From Chlorokybus atmophyticus (taxonomy: Eukaryota; Plantae; Mesostigma and Chlorokybus algae): a DNA stretch of 64,000 nucleotides. Positions 13,714-27,036 of this stretch are shown here, in pieces (position 1 is the first letter of the stretch; every line of letters begins with the position of its first letter). The notes under the pieces were generated by a model. That model was not told where the DNA came from. It saw nothing but the letters and a program-made list of their open reading frames with translations, and searched no databases. The position numbers were made by a program, and so were the translations under genes. The DNA lies in contig RHPI01000385.1 in assembly GCA_009103225.1 (NCBI GenBank), positions 418,526-482,525 on the forward strand, given 5' to 3'.

Positions 13714-14189
13714 AGCACAGCTTGATGAAGCATGCTTAATATGCTTGCTTTAATTATCATGCGCAATACGCATGGCTGCATGCTGTTAGGCCCTTTTTGT
13801 TCCGCCGTGGAGCGAGGGGAGGCAATCATGCTGCGGGGCATAACAACAGTGGTTGTGCTAGTTTGGGCATCAACGACATCAGACCCTTCCATGAAGGCAG
13901 ACGCGGCCCTCGCTCGTAATTGGCATTCAAATTCATGAATGTATTGCTGGAAAGGTAATAGCGCGATATCGCATTGTGTACATCAATGTACAATAATGTA
14001 TCATACATCATCGGTAATGCATTATCGTGTTATGATGATGCATTACACAGTAATTGTTTTTACTTGTAATGCAAAGGTATCAAACATATAGAGCTGCGTT
14101 TTGGATTATTAACCTTGCGCATAGTATGGCTGCCGCACGCTACGATCAATGACATTTACAAGCACATGGATTAAGGAAAAGACCTCGTA

Positions 14190-14399
14190 AAAGCACTTAC
14201 TGTGCAAACCGCATGAAATGCCCCCTTCTTTACATAATTCCCCCTTTTACATAAGCCCCCACACCTTGTTTGTTTGGGGGGGGGCTTGTAATTGAGCCTA
14301 ATTCTACCGGTAAAACGGCACTTTTACACAAGCCCTCCACCCTTTTAGCTTACAAGCGGGCTTATAATAAGGGGGGCTTCTAAACGGGCAAATACGGTA
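14190..14399. mobile_element. Tc1/mariner (Tc2/pogo-type) MITE remnant, tentative
   Basis: Right end ...aaacgggcaaatacggta reads TACCGTATTTGCCCG.. on the minus strand, a typical terminus; C/G-run subterminal repeats; left end degenerate and its coordinate approximate. Confidence 0.4.
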
Positions 14400-14552
14400 C
14401 GTTGTGTTTTAGCAACGCAATAAGCTATACTAGCTTTAGAATTAGAGAAGCTCGGCTATTGTTGCAGCAACTTACCAGTACCTTTTGTTTATCATATGTA
14501 CTGTAAGCCAATTGAACATGTCAACTCTTGAGTCTGGTATATGATAATGTCA

Positions 14553-14883
14553 AGTTACGAAATGAGGGGTTTTCACTAGGGCACATTAGCAAATAGCGAT
14601 GATGGTTGAGGATTTCATATGAATTTATGCAACAACTGTAACATTCCCATGCGACATTTCGCGGTGACTATCAAATGTTTCTCATTCGTCCTGTTTTTGC
14701 GGCAAAACTTGAGTACTATCCCCCAACGGGGGATAGTACTCAGAAGCTTTTGAACTCGGGATCTTTGGCTTTCAAGCTCCGACACAAAATGTTACGAAGT
14801 AAGGGGTTTCCGTTAGGTCACATCAGCAAAAGGCAGTGATGGTTGAGGAGGGTTTCATATAAAATAATGCTATAATTGTAATA
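14553..14883 (-). mobile_element. Old, diverged TRIM (two ~91-94-bp LTRs) related in design to the 54-kb TRIM
   Basis: Direct repeats 14553-14643 and 14790-14883 with (t/a)gttac...gtaa(c/t)a ends; PBS-like (minus) TGTGTCGGAGC beside the LTR; internal perfect 15-bp hairpin 14710-14742; no clear TSD. Confidence 0.6.
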
Positions 14884-15659
14884 TATAATCCAGCAGACAT
14901 GGCAGCGAAGCCCACAACGGCAAGTATATGGGGAGCAGTTCCTGATGCCAGTGTGAAGGAGCATAGAGTATAGCACCGAAGCGCCAACGACAACGGCAGC
15001 AGTGTGCTACATGCCGTGCATGGGACTGTATGCTGTGCGCCAATGGGTGCAAACCCTAACCTTTACTGCAGCGACGCAAATGCGGCCAACCGGCATAGCG
15101 TCAAGACCGAGGGTTGAGGAGGGTGCAGGGAAGGGAGGAGGGAGGAGTAGTTCAAGTGCTGCTGCTGTCATGACCGCTAGTGCTGCTGCTGCAAATGGGC
15201 CGCTAACCATGATGGCGCTGATGCAGGTAAGCACGACTGTTATGTGTGCATGCATAACAAGCAGCGGGGCATAGAGGTAGGCGTATGAGTGGAGTGGGTA
15301 GCTCGGTGGTCGTGTATGCAGCAACAAGGAGTGTGTTGTGCAAAGTGTTGCACGCGTGGTGTGAATGGGCATACCCCTCTCGCATTTGTCGTACAACTGG
15401 AATGGGATCCGGTTCTAAGACTATCTGCGAGCCCAAACCAGTTCCCGCTGGCGCGGCGCTCCCATTGGCCGGACGAACATTCTGATCCGAGGTCGCAACC
15501 CTAAAACCCTCTCGCGAGCTCGTGCATAAAGTGTGCCGCTGCTGTGTTGGCAGTCGCAGTATAGGACATAGCGTAGGTGGCTTCGGCGGCGGCGGCGGCG
15601 GAGGAGGGAGGAGCAGGAGGCGGAGCTGGTGGACGAGGACAAGGAGGTACTGCTGGCGC

Positions 15660-17826
15660 ATGTCCTTGTTCATGGCGGGGTCTGTGTGCCTCATCGACGG
15701 GATGCTAGCTGGATCTTGCGCGCTGCGAGCGCCGCCGGCTCCCGCAAACAGGTTGCGGCGGCGGCGGAGGAGGCAAAAGGGGTTGCTGCTGCCGCAGCAG
15801 CTGGCGGCAAATGACGGCCTGCAGTATATATGGCGTGGAGCGCGGCCAGTTATTGCTGAGCGGAGAAGCGACCTGCCCATGCCTGCGGACAGTGAGGTGA
15901 GTGGTGTGCTTTTCACTTGGGTCAATCACATCAATAGCTGCATGCATGCAGTGACTTCACCCCGCTGAGAAGTATTGGTATATGTGGTATGCCAATACTT
16001 CTCATATGTGGTATGCCCACAGCAGGCATTGCTTGCGGAAGGTTTTGCAAGTTGGGCCTCGGTGCTGCAGCGCGAAGAATGACTGAAGCGACTGTTGTTT
16101 TCGTCATGTTTGCAGCGTTGGAGTAAAGTGGCGTCCACAAGCGAGAGCGTTTTCTCGACACATGCGTCCCGCATGGCACATGAGCACTCCTCCAAAACTG
16201 TTCCCACGACACGCAAGCGCTATGTTGGTAAGTTGCATGCGATATCCGCAACCATGAGTTAGAAAGGGAGCTCCATTCTGTACGCTAGTTCACACTGACT
16301 CTCGTATTCCCTATGTTGCATTCAGACTGTCGAGCAGCAACTCTGGCAGCTGTTTTGGAAAAGCCTGAGGAGACTGTCGTTTCACTAAGGCGAAGTCCCT
16401 CCCCGCTGCTGCCCTCATCCGGCGTTGAGGTGCATTTGCGGCGCGTTGAAGGCGGGGACGGGGATAGCTCATCCTTGACGCGACGGATGGTTGCCGCTGT
16501 TGCAATAGATGCTCCGTCATCGGAGGTGTGGAGTGCGATGAAGCGCGAGGTGGCTGCCGCCAAAGCCAAGAGGCCAGAGGTTACACTTGGCCCCTTTCGC
16601 TGCGTGATGGAGGTGTTGCGAATGGAGGTGAGTGGCCGGGAGGTGCGTTTCCGCCAAGTGCAAGGAGAGTTTCGTTCCTTGCATGGGAAGTGGAGTCTGG
16701 AACCGTCACCCATTGATCCCTGTTCGACCGTCCTGAAATGCGCTGTTGAAGTTGTCCTTCCCAACATGCCAGATCCAGACGTGGTACTTGAGAGGGTGAG
16801 TACTATCTCTATGTTGTAGAGCAGGGGCATACACGGGCATGCATGCTTGCTGTTGCAACAATATTCTAGCAGCAACTTGCAGTATGCTGTGCAAACTCCT
16901 GTCTGTTGCGCTGCACACATTGTGGAACGAATCATGTATGTAGGTAGTGTATGAAGTCCTGCCCAAGCGTATGCGTGCCATCCGAGATCGCTTGGAGGCT
17001 TCCCTCGCAGCAGGCACCAGCTTGAGTCCTGCACCAGTGCAGGTCAGTGTACTGCCACAAACAGCTCCGATGGCTACCCGAAGAAGGCGGCGAAGGACAG
17101 TTGTCACGCGGGGCATTGATGAGTTGGTTAGTGAGCTGCGCAAGGTCGCTGCAGGACAGGGCCGTCCCGACCGCATGCCGCTCAGGGCAGAGCTGAGGGC
17201 AGCTCAGCGGGTTGATCTGGAGAAGCGAATTGCTATACATGGAGGCTTTCAGGTACATATAGGATGACCAATTGTTGCAGATGCATGCTGTGCGCGCATG
17301 CACACGCACACGTACACATACATGTATTGTTGATGAGTTTTATGGCATTGGTCGTGTCACTGAATGCGGGACCACTTGCAAGGTTGTTACATGTCGCTTA
17401 AGTGTGATTGTCTGCACTCATGTTGTCATTCTCTGCTGGTCCTGTTCCTAGGCTAAAGTTATGTGGTGTATGCAGGCTGTGGCAGATATTGCAGGCTTAC
17501 AGATGTCCTATGCTCGCAAGCCGGCCGGCTACTGGGACGATTTGGCCAACATCCGATGCGAGCTGCATGAGTTCATCACGCAGACGGGGTCCGAGCCCGG
17601 TCTGATGCCCACACGCAACGCGCTGATCAAGGCCGGTCGCTACGATCTTGCGCGCGCGTACGAGAGGTGGGGCGGCTTGCGCGAACTTGCCGCCATGTTG
17701 AAGATGCGCGTGCATCGGCCTCCATCCCGCCTGCAAGTGTCGCAAGCACGCCGCGCGCTGAAGGCGTCAGAGGCGCTTATTGCAGCCTCACATGCCGCGC
17801 GCAGTAAAATTCTGATCAGCGGTTAG
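15660..17826 (+). CDS. Plastid START/SRPBCC (polyketide cyclase-like) protein with C-terminal GYW/RAGRYD repeats, similar to Arabidopsis At5g08720
   Basis: RRMVAAVAIDAPSSEVW, FRQVQGEFRSLHGKWSLE, MPLRAELRAAQRVDLEKRIAIHGGF|, RKPAGYWDDLANI, MPTRNALIKAGRYDLARAYERWGGL; start codon uncertain. Confidence 0.8.
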
Positions 17827-18506
17827 CGCCCTGCGCGGGTGCGCCATCCCTCCCCCTCCCCCCTGTAGTTTCATCATGATATATGTCTGTGCAGCTGGGC
17901 CCTGCGTGGCCCTGAACTGTTGGCACACGTTGTATAGATTGTACAGGAGCATATCTGTATATTGAGCAAATATTGTGGCCCGGAGATGAATATGTCTACG
18001 GTTGCTGGGAGTACTATGCTGCGCTTTGCAGAATCGTTGGAGTAGTCTTTCCCTATTCATCAGCAGGCAACGTACAACGTGCAAAGTGACTGGTACTAGG
18101 GACTAGCTGAAAAGCACAGCATCAAGTGTTGTAGTGATTTGCAGTGCCTTGAACTATTGCACTCCGGTTCACCTCATGCACATTTTGGCCCCTCTCTATT
18201 TCTTTAACGCTGCACTGTAGTAAGTGAGGGCCAGTACATAATGCATCAGCATATTGCATACCAAGTGTTTGTTGACGGTCCCTACAACAATCATATATAG
18301 TCAAGCCTTGTGCCAGCAAACACCAGCATTCTACACGTATAGAACAAGAATTGTTTCAACATGACACTGTGTGCAGTTCATGTTGCCGACTGACCAACCG
18401 CAGTCTGTGTACCGGTAATGTACAGCAGGTTGCAAGACGCAACCTGACAACACACTCTACTGTTACAAGCAGATGGAAACCCCACAGCGTCCTCTTTCAT
18501 GCAGGA

Positions 18507-20090
18507 TCACGTGAGGTCGTTTTCATCCACCCCGTCACCTAGCGTGCTCACTTCCTGCTTCGCTATGTCTCCAATGGGAAGCTTCTTGGCCAACGCAGTG
18601 ATCTGTAGTCAGAATTGCAAACGGGTCAGCATTGCAATGTGCACGTGTGCGTGCATGTGCGCATGCGCGTATGTGTGTGTCTGTGCCTGCGTGCTTTCAA
18701 GACACATCAGAGTCTGTGATCCCAACGCTCACATGATGATCGAGATAGTTGAATGCGGGCGTGGTCGCCACTATCTTCTTCACCGCCTCCTTATCTCCCT
18801 CCTTGTACGCATCAATCAACCTCTCTGCCGCTATGCACTGCTCCGAGCTGGCGAATGCAGGTATGTCCGCCACATCATTGAACCCGAGCTCCGCTTGACG
18901 CACGTCCCCTGTCGAGAGCCACACGACGACCGCGGAGAGGTACGCGCGGCACTGGGACGCCGTCGCATTCGCACGCTGACAAGCAAGACCGTGACGCAAG
19001 AGCACCGCAGCGGCCTCGGATGAACGACCGAGCTTTAAGAGAGCACGCACGCAGGCCTGGAAAGCCTCTGTGGCCTACACAACAACAATAACAACAGTGT
19101 GTGTTTGTGCCGTCTTCTGCACTTGAGCACTACTGCACATCACTTGGCAGCTGCAGTGCACACAACACAGTACTAGTCGCTTGACATGAGACTGCAATGC
19201 AGCACTTGCAAAACAACTCAGCACAAGCGTAGCTTACGTAGCACGCGGGATCAGAAGCAACTCATGCTAAGCAATGCGATGCTTCTGTTGTCCAAATGCG
19301 CTGCATTTGGACAACAGAAGCATAGCATTGCACTCGTGCTTTGCCTAGTGGTACACACACACACCTATGCTTTCTATGCAATGCATTTACTTACACAATG
19401 CGCAGCAAAGGCGAAAGCAACACACGTCTTTGCGATTCATTCCACCTTGATCAAGTCAATGAGAGATCAACCAAGAGGAGCGCCTCCTTACGCACAAACA
19501 GTACCAGAGTGGCATTCTTGCTTATTTCTTATACTTTAAGAAATAAGCAAGAATGGTGTAAGCTATAAATTGTGTGCTTGTGTGCTTGTGTGCTTGTGTA
19601 TGTTCACCTGTCCCTCTTTGCCCTCCTCCTCATAGGCCTCGCAGGCATCAAGTAGCAGAAGGACGGCCTCGGCGGGATCGTTGTCCAGAACGGCCTTGCC
19701 TGTACGGGCGAGGGTGTCAGCGGCACGCTCCCCCCTGCCAGCCTCCCTGAACAGCTCCGCCGCCCTCCTGGCCAGCTCTGAGGCGGTGCTGTCGGTGGAG
19801 GAGGAGAAGGTGGAGGTGGAGGAGGCGGCGATGGAGGCAGCGGACTCCAGCTGTCCCGCCGCCGTGTAGGGCGACTTGAGGCGCTCGTGGGCGTGGGCGG
19901 CCTTCTCGTGGGCGGCGCGGGCGGCGGGGAGGTCCTTGGCAGCACGGAAGAGCGCCGCCGCACGCTCGTAAAGCGGGGCCGCCTCCGCCCAGTCGGGCGT
20001 CCACCTCGTCAGCGACAGCGACGAGGCCTTGTCGGCCTTCTTCAGCAACGCAGCCGCCTCCTTACCCTTGGCCGCCGCCGCCGCCTCCAT
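18507..20090 (-). CDS. NAPG: Gamma-SNAP (soluble NSF attachment protein gamma)
   Basis: KKADKASSLSLTRWTPDWAEAAPLYERAA, SQCRAYLSAVVVWL, FASSEQCIAAERLIDAYKEGD, acidic tail DENDLT*; three exons. Confidence 0.92.
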
Positions 20091-20198
20091 GTTATCGCCG
20101 TGCTCCTCCTCGTCGCCGTCGTTGCTTTCGCTAGCAGCATAGTTGTGCTCCTCGTTGGCGTCAACAGCGTTGACCGTCGTGGGGGCGGGCGCCCACCC

Positions 20199-21859
20199 AT
20201 GTCGAAGGCGGCGGCGGCCATGTTCAGGAGGGTCAGGCCAGCGACATCAACGCAACGATCAGCCACACAGCTATCCGCACAGCCATCGCCGCTTGCTGTG
20301 TTGGTCTTCCTGCTCGTTGTCAACGTTACCTTCACTGCTGCTGCTTCCATCAACAGCTTCCCACATAGACCGTAAGTACATTGTGCATTGGGCCAACAAC
20401 ATCCACTACCAACAAGTACATGTGCAAGTACAATGCCTACATGTACTATCAACAGTTACAAGTACAAGTACAAGTGCAATCACATTGCAAACATCACGAG
20501 TTCATACACGTGTGCAATGCTCACAGCCACAATTGAACTACAAGCACATGCCGATGGTGATGACGTGACAGCGTTGCCGGCTGGTATTGTAAGCATACAT
20601 GCTTGAAGTCATCCCTTGACTGTTGCTGTGGAGTTTCAAGATCCAACACACAACAGCATTGGTATGTCGCATACGAACGTGGGGCACCAACACCAACACC
20701 AACAGGGTGGAGCTTGTGAGGCCTGCCGGCACGCACACGAAGCTCGAGACGGTGGCGGAGGGCATCGAGTTGCTGGCGTCGCTGCCGGGACCCGTCGCGC
20801 CCGTCGCCGTCGTTGGACCGTACCGCAGCGGCAAGCTGTGTGATGTGTGACGAGTGTGTGTTGTGACCAGTCTGCGTGATCGTGAGTGCGCGGGCGCGTG
20901 TGAGAGATACATGTGTGTTCTGTTCTGCTTGCTCTAAGCGGCAACGTCTCATGCAGGCAAAAGTTTCCTGCTCAACCAGCTTCTTGGCCTCCCCTGCGAT
21001 GAAGGTGAGGAATTCGCGCGCGCGCGTGCACACATGCATTGGTCGTATACGTGCAATCTTGCGCAAGCGCGCATGCGAGTGCATGCTTGTGGGTGCGCAT
21101 TCGCGCACACGTGTGCATGCGCACGTGCGTGCACGCACATGTATTCACAAAACGCCCATTGGCACGCGTGCATGCTGGATAAGTCAATGTGAGCATGTGA
21201 AACGTACCAACATACCAATCAGCCAGCACACTCAATCATGGTAGTTCTGCATGCAACACCAAGTAGACGCTCTGCCGTGACAGGCTTTGGCGTGGGACAC
21301 ATGCGAGACACAAAAACCAAAGGTACGATACCGACCCAACAACGTGTGCGCTACGTGAGGGTTGTTTGGGTAACGCACTCGCAAGCACACACGCACGCAC
21401 AGAGGCACTCACGCAGGCACTCACCCACCCACCCACCCACTCACACCCACCCACACGCACGCACACTGGTACACACGCTTCCCTCAGGCATGTGGTTGTG
21501 GGGCGAGCCGCGTACATCCCCATCCCACCCTTCCGTCTCAGTAATGTACCTCGACACGGAAGGGTTCGAGTCGGCGGGTCGCGCGGGCGCCTACGACGAG
21601 CGCGTGTTCGCTCTGGCCGCCGCGACCGCGTCCGTCCTGGTGTACAACCTACCGGAGGCCGTGAGGGAGGCCGACGTCGCGAGGATGGCGCTGGCGGTGG
21701 AGCTGGCGGAGGAGTTCCATAGGAGGGCGGCCATCGCGCAGAGTGAAGAGGAACAACAGCTGCCGGTGCCGGCGTTTAGACCGGCGACGCTTGTTTGGCT
21801 CATACAACGGGACTTGTAAGTGGAGGGCGTTGTGTGTGCGACAGAGGTTGAGTTGTGTG

Positions 21860-21890
<31 letters not shown>

Positions 21891-24168
21891 TGAGCTTGGG
21901 TGGAGAAGCCAAAGTGGTTGCGGGATAACCGAGGTGCGCGCTGTGTGCGTGCGTGCGCGCACATGTGGAATTGTGCGGTGCATCGTGGTTCTTTGACATG
22001 GACTTGGAGAAGAGGTGTTGCTTGTCGTGATGTGTGCGTGCGTGAGTGTGAGTGTGTGGGTGTGGGTGTGGATGTGGAAAAGCGCGCTTTTGGGTCTGCG
22101 TACGTGCATGCGCACGTGTATGTGTCCCCACATGTGCGTGTGCCGCAATATGTTCACTGTGCGTCTATTGCAGTTTAGAGGGCGCGACGGTGCAGGAGGC
22201 GGTCGCGGCGGCCCTTGCCCAGGTGCCGAACCCGACAGGCGACCGCGACATCGAGCGTCTGAACCGCGTGCGTCGGGCGCTCTCCGAACTCGGCGGCAAC
22301 TCCACCGCTTTCTCGCTCAGGCAGCCGCACCTCGATCGCACGCACCTGTGCGAACTAGAGGACTCGGCGCTGGATCCGGTGCGTGAGAGATGTTGTCATG
22401 TGTCGCGTGTGGGATGCAATGACATGATGGGCATGTGTGTGGGTGTTGATGCACATACGCGTGTGTGTATGGGTGCGTGTGCGCGCATGTGCATGCGTGT
22501 AGGCATGAGTGCGCGCATGCCTGTGCTTGCGTGTGTCTCTGTGCCCACGCGAGTGCACGCTTGTGCCTGTGTGTGCGTGGATATGCGTGTGCGCTTGTGG
22601 TTTGTGGTTCTGGCACGCGTGCATGCGCACACACATGCACACACATAGCTGTAAGTACTCGTCTGTAGTTCAATCAACAGCATGCAAATCTACCTTCGTA
22701 CAGGAGTGGCGTGCGGGTAGGGAGAAGTTGAAGGAGATCGTCTCCACCCTCGCCTCCCAATCTCCCCGCGAGCAGAGCGGTCCAGTCCTCGCGCGCATGA
22801 TCGAGCGCACGGTGGCGGCCCTCAACCAGGGCGACATCCCCACGACGGGCTCCGTGATCGACGCGTTCAACAGGGAGGCGCTCGAGCGCGCCGTCGCGCA
22901 GCATAAGGCAGCAGTGAGAGCCATTAACCTACCGCTAGGGGAGGGATTGTTGTATCAATCGCATCAGGCTGCCGCAGCAGCAGGCGTGAGCAGGTTGGTA
23001 TGTGAGTGTGTGCGTGCGTGTGTGTATGTGCGTGTGCGTGTGTGTGTGTGTGCGTGTGCGTGCACGTGCGGATGTTTGCGTGAGTGCATGCTGTCGTTGA
23101 ATCAATCTCATGAGGCCTCTGCCATGTGCAGGTTTCTCCGCGAACGCGTTGGACACAGCGAGGAGGCCGTGCGGCTTCTCGACGAGGTGCGCGCTCGCAT
23201 GGACGAGGAGTATGCCAACCGCAAGGAGGCCAATGCGCACGAGTCGGCGCGACGATGCGAGGCGCTCTTCGTGGAATGCGAGGACGCCCTCGATAAAGTC
23301 GCTGCCGCACGCCTGCCGTCCACGCGAAGGCTCGAAGCAAGCTTCGCACGCTGCAACACGTCGTACCACACACTGTGTATAGGTGAGTGCAGTGTGTTAA
23401 ATCTGTTTTGTAGTGGCATATTTGGTGGCATACCGGCTGTGTAACAACATCTAGTGAAGCTTACTTCAGTGTGCTTTCACTCGCTTTGCATGCGCTCAAG
23501 AGACTGCAGTACGCACACAAGTACACATGTGCGTGCCTGTGCGAGACATGCTCACATGCCAACATGTTGAGTACTAGTACACAACCAGTCAGTTCTCACC
23601 GAGGCGCACTCAGGTTTCGATACAGATGCACACGAGTACATCTTTTGATGAGCACACCCAACAAGCACACACCGTTACTGTTGTGTTCCAAACAGGTCCC
23701 GCGCACGACCAGTACGTTGCGCGCATGGACAAGATGTGGTCCAAGGAGCGCTCCCGTTTCCTTCAAGGTTACAACCAACGCATCTCCGACGGGTTAGTCG
23801 TTGCCTCCCTCATCTTCGCTCTTATCGCCCGCTTCATCCTGCGCGTGGGCTTCCTCGAACTCCTCGCGTGGGCCGCCTTCGCCGCGTTGGAACTGTCCCC
23901 GCGCCTCGCGTTAGTAACATCTCATACGGAACCGTACTATGACTCGCTGCCTTGGCGAGTTGTGGTTGGAGTGTGGGAGGCTGCAGTGTTCAATCCCGTG
24001 TTGGATTTGGAGAGGCATGGGGTGCTGTTGCTGTGGGGAGCGGCGGTGGTGTATGTGGGAGTGAGGTTTAGGAGGGTGTGGGCGAGGTGCGTCGGGTGGA
24101 GGGCGAACAGGAATAGGAAGGAGAGGGCGAAACAACTGCCGCAAGGGGCAAGAGATCTAGAGGTGTAG
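20199..24168 (+). CDS. Guanylate-binding protein/atlastin-like GTPase with N-terminal hydrophobic segment and C-terminal TM segments (plant GBPL2-like)
   Basis: VAVVGPYRSG|KSFLLNQLL, FGVGHMRDTKTKG|MWLWG, LDTEGFE, WLIQRDF|LEG, helical region, TM helices, ends GARDLEV*. Introns are GT/CA-rich. Confidence 0.9.
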
Positions 24169-24725
24169 AGTAGACGTCTATGAGAAATATAATGAGAGGT
24201 GTGATTTGTAATGTTGTGATGTTGCATTTTTTTGCAAGTGCATGTGCATGCGTGTGCACGCTCACGCACACACAGCACATGCGCATGTGTTTGCATGTGT
24301 GTACAGGATATGCTGGCAGTAGTTGGAGACATGCATGACCTCACTCACAGCATGGCAAACAGCAAGCACATTACAACACAACCACCGGGCTATACACACG
24401 TTTTGTTCCTCACTACACTACACTAGTCTAGATGTCCCCGTTAGGCATGCATACATGCGTATCAGTAGTGCATTACCTGCTCATGGGTTTTGTGTGTGTG
24501 AGTGTAGCCACATGTCAATATGCTCCTCATGCAACACGACAGACAGGTATTGCGACTTCTAGTGCTTGCAACAGCTTCATCACGTAGTTTAAGTCGTGTC
24601 ACATGGCATAAATAACCATTTTCCTTGTGCAAGTGCATTGCGTCTGGACAATCCCACATGTGCATGCACACCAATGCACGAGCGCACACACCTCTCCTGG
24701 CAAAGCACGAGGGGGCCGGGGGGAG

Positions 24726-24928
24726 NNNNNNNNNNNNNNNNNNNNNNNNNNNNNNNNNNNNNNNNNNNNNNNNNNNNNNNNNNNNNNNNNNNNNNNNNNN
24801 NNNNNNNNNNNNNNNNNNNNNNNNNNNNNNNNNNNNNNNNNNNNNNNNNNNNNNNNNNNNNNNNNNNNNNNNNNNNNNNNNNNNNNNNNNNNNNNNNNNN
24901 NNNNNNNNNNNNNNNNNNNNNNNNNNNN

Positions 24929-24971
<43 letters not shown>
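24726..24971. other. Assembly gap (N) followed by poly-G run
   Basis: N 24726-24928; G run 24929-24971. Confidence 0.95.
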
Positions 24972-24972
<1 letters not shown>

Positions 24973-25371
24973 GCGGCCATATGTCAACTGAGCATAGGCC
25001 CAGCGGCACACCCCATGAGTGTATGCGTGTGCGCACTGCAGTAAGCGGAACATGGATCACACTGCTGTGCACACTGCTGCTCTGAGTACACCTTCTGAGG
25101 CTGTCTTACTAACACAACACCATCCGAGCACCTGGACGCAGCCGCTACGCTCAGGTCCTGCACAGCGTAGTCTAGATCTTATTGTACTGTGCCTGTCTTC
25201 AATCCGCAAGTCGAGGCGTGCGTGCATGTGCATTGTGGTATAGGGCAACCATCTATGTAAACTAAAGGCACAACACCACATGCCCCAAAAACCCATTTCC
25301 TCGTGTATCTGCAACAGTGCAGTGTCATGACACCCGCCATTGGACCTGATGCGCACCCAACAGCAACCTCA

Positions 25372-26763
25372 TCATCGGTCATCACCGTTGTCTCCATGCG
25401 AAGGCTCCCACGGCGGCGGCACCACCTTTTGCGGCACTATATCTGCGCTCGATATAGGGAACACATGCTGATGGTTGGTGGTCAGCAGCTGCAGGTACGC
25501 ATCACAAAGTGCTGACTGTGCTAGTATAACACACATACATACGACGTTATTCACATGCGTACATGCAGCAGGGTATGTTTGTGTGGAACAACAACCCATC
25601 GTCCTCCACACAGGAACATTGCATTGTTGAAAGAGAAACTGACCTTGCAAGAAGTTTAATGCATCGGTGGTGGCCACCAGCTTGGCTGGACGGCAGGAAG
25701 AAGCAGTTAATGCCACACACTGTACAAGCCAGCCATACTAGTCGGCAACACGATGTCCCACATCACACGCAAAGACCACCCACGTGCGCGTGCGCGCAAA
25801 CAGACACACACCGTCTAGGTCTGTGTATGGGGATGTATATGTGTGTGTGTGGCACCCATGCACAAGAATGCTCGCATACGCGCGCGCACGCACGTCCCTA
25901 TACAGAGTAGCACAGACCCACCCACCCAAGTCTTTGTATGTGAAGTTGCCGCGGTTCTCCGCCTTCAGCACGGCATCGCCTCTTGCCCCCATCGACTCCA
26001 GAAACAGATCCTGCATGTATTGCAACATGTTAGAAACGGCCAGTGGGTGCACCTGTTGATGGGTGTTGGCAGGTCAAGGTTCAGCCATCAAGTTAGTGAG
26101 TGACGCAATGCGTGTGCTTGACATGCCTTTGCTCATGTGCGGCGTGACAGAAGGTGAGCAGGTATGCAATACTATGTGCGCATTTGCAAAAGCCTGACAG
26201 CTAGCATGTGTGGTACACACAACCAGACTACTGCCCAAAGCTAGGTGGAAGCGGGTTGGTCAGTGCAATGCGCACACATGTGTATGCGGATGGACGCGCG
26301 CACGCTCCTGTTTGTGTGCTAGCGTGTGCATGCGAGTCTGTTTGCAATCGCACGCATTGCATGACATTTCGGCCCTTTCTCGCATCGCGTCGACTACGCA
26401 AGCAGCAGCAACACCACCGCCCACAACAACGACAGCAACGACAACACCAACACCAACATACTGCAGCCTTGGCGATGAGGTGCCATGCTTCTCCCGAGGC
26501 TTTGGTGACCAGGCCTTCCTGACGTATGAGCTTCTGCAGGCGGGAGAGGGGCAGGCCGACGTCGCTGGTGCTACGGCCTAGGAGGACAGGCGGCTGTGCA
26601 GGTGCACGCTGGTGGTTGCCGTTGTTGTCCTCCTCCTCCTCCTCCTCCTCCTTGTCGTTGTCCTTGTCGTTGTGTTCCTCCTTCTTCGCGTTAGCTGCAT
26701 GCCTGTTGCTCAGCCTGGAGGAGGCGGACACAGCAGGCGGAGCGCTAGCTGTGTCCGTCTCAT
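25372..26763 (-). CDS. Histone-fold protein, DPB3/CHRAC15/NF-YC-like; start codon unresolved
   Basis: Exons ..26462, 26010-25926, 25685-25644 and 25442-25372 splice in frame to LPLSRLQKLIRQEGLVTKASGEAWHLIAKAA|DLFLESMGARG..FTYKDL|AKLVATTDALNFLQ|DIVPQKV. Confidence 0.75.
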
Positions 26764-27036
26764 AGTTGTTCAGCCAGCCTGGGCTCTGCCGCGCCCTCCC
26801 GCTGCCTGCCGCCAGCTTGCACCACCACAGCAGCGACGACACTGACAGCAACGACGTCCACGAGGACGACAACCAAGTTGCTCGAGCACTAGCACACTAC
26901 CCGCCGCCGACAACAACACCACCCACAGCAATCAACAGCAATCACACCACTAGCAACAACAGCAGCAGCACTAGCAACGACAAGAACAAGCAGGCGGCGG
27001 CGGCGGGGGTGGAAGAGGTGGTTGTTCGTCAGGGGC

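Noticed and set aside
15051-15510. Interstitial telomere remnant (aaaccctaa, aaccctaaaaccct)
   Set aside because: One or two units only; compatible with telo-box promoter motifs or chance.
24462-25085. Poly-Pro/poly-Gly ORFs and a G-quadruplex at the poly-G run
   Set aside because: Adjacent to an N gap; likely a sequencing or assembly artefact.
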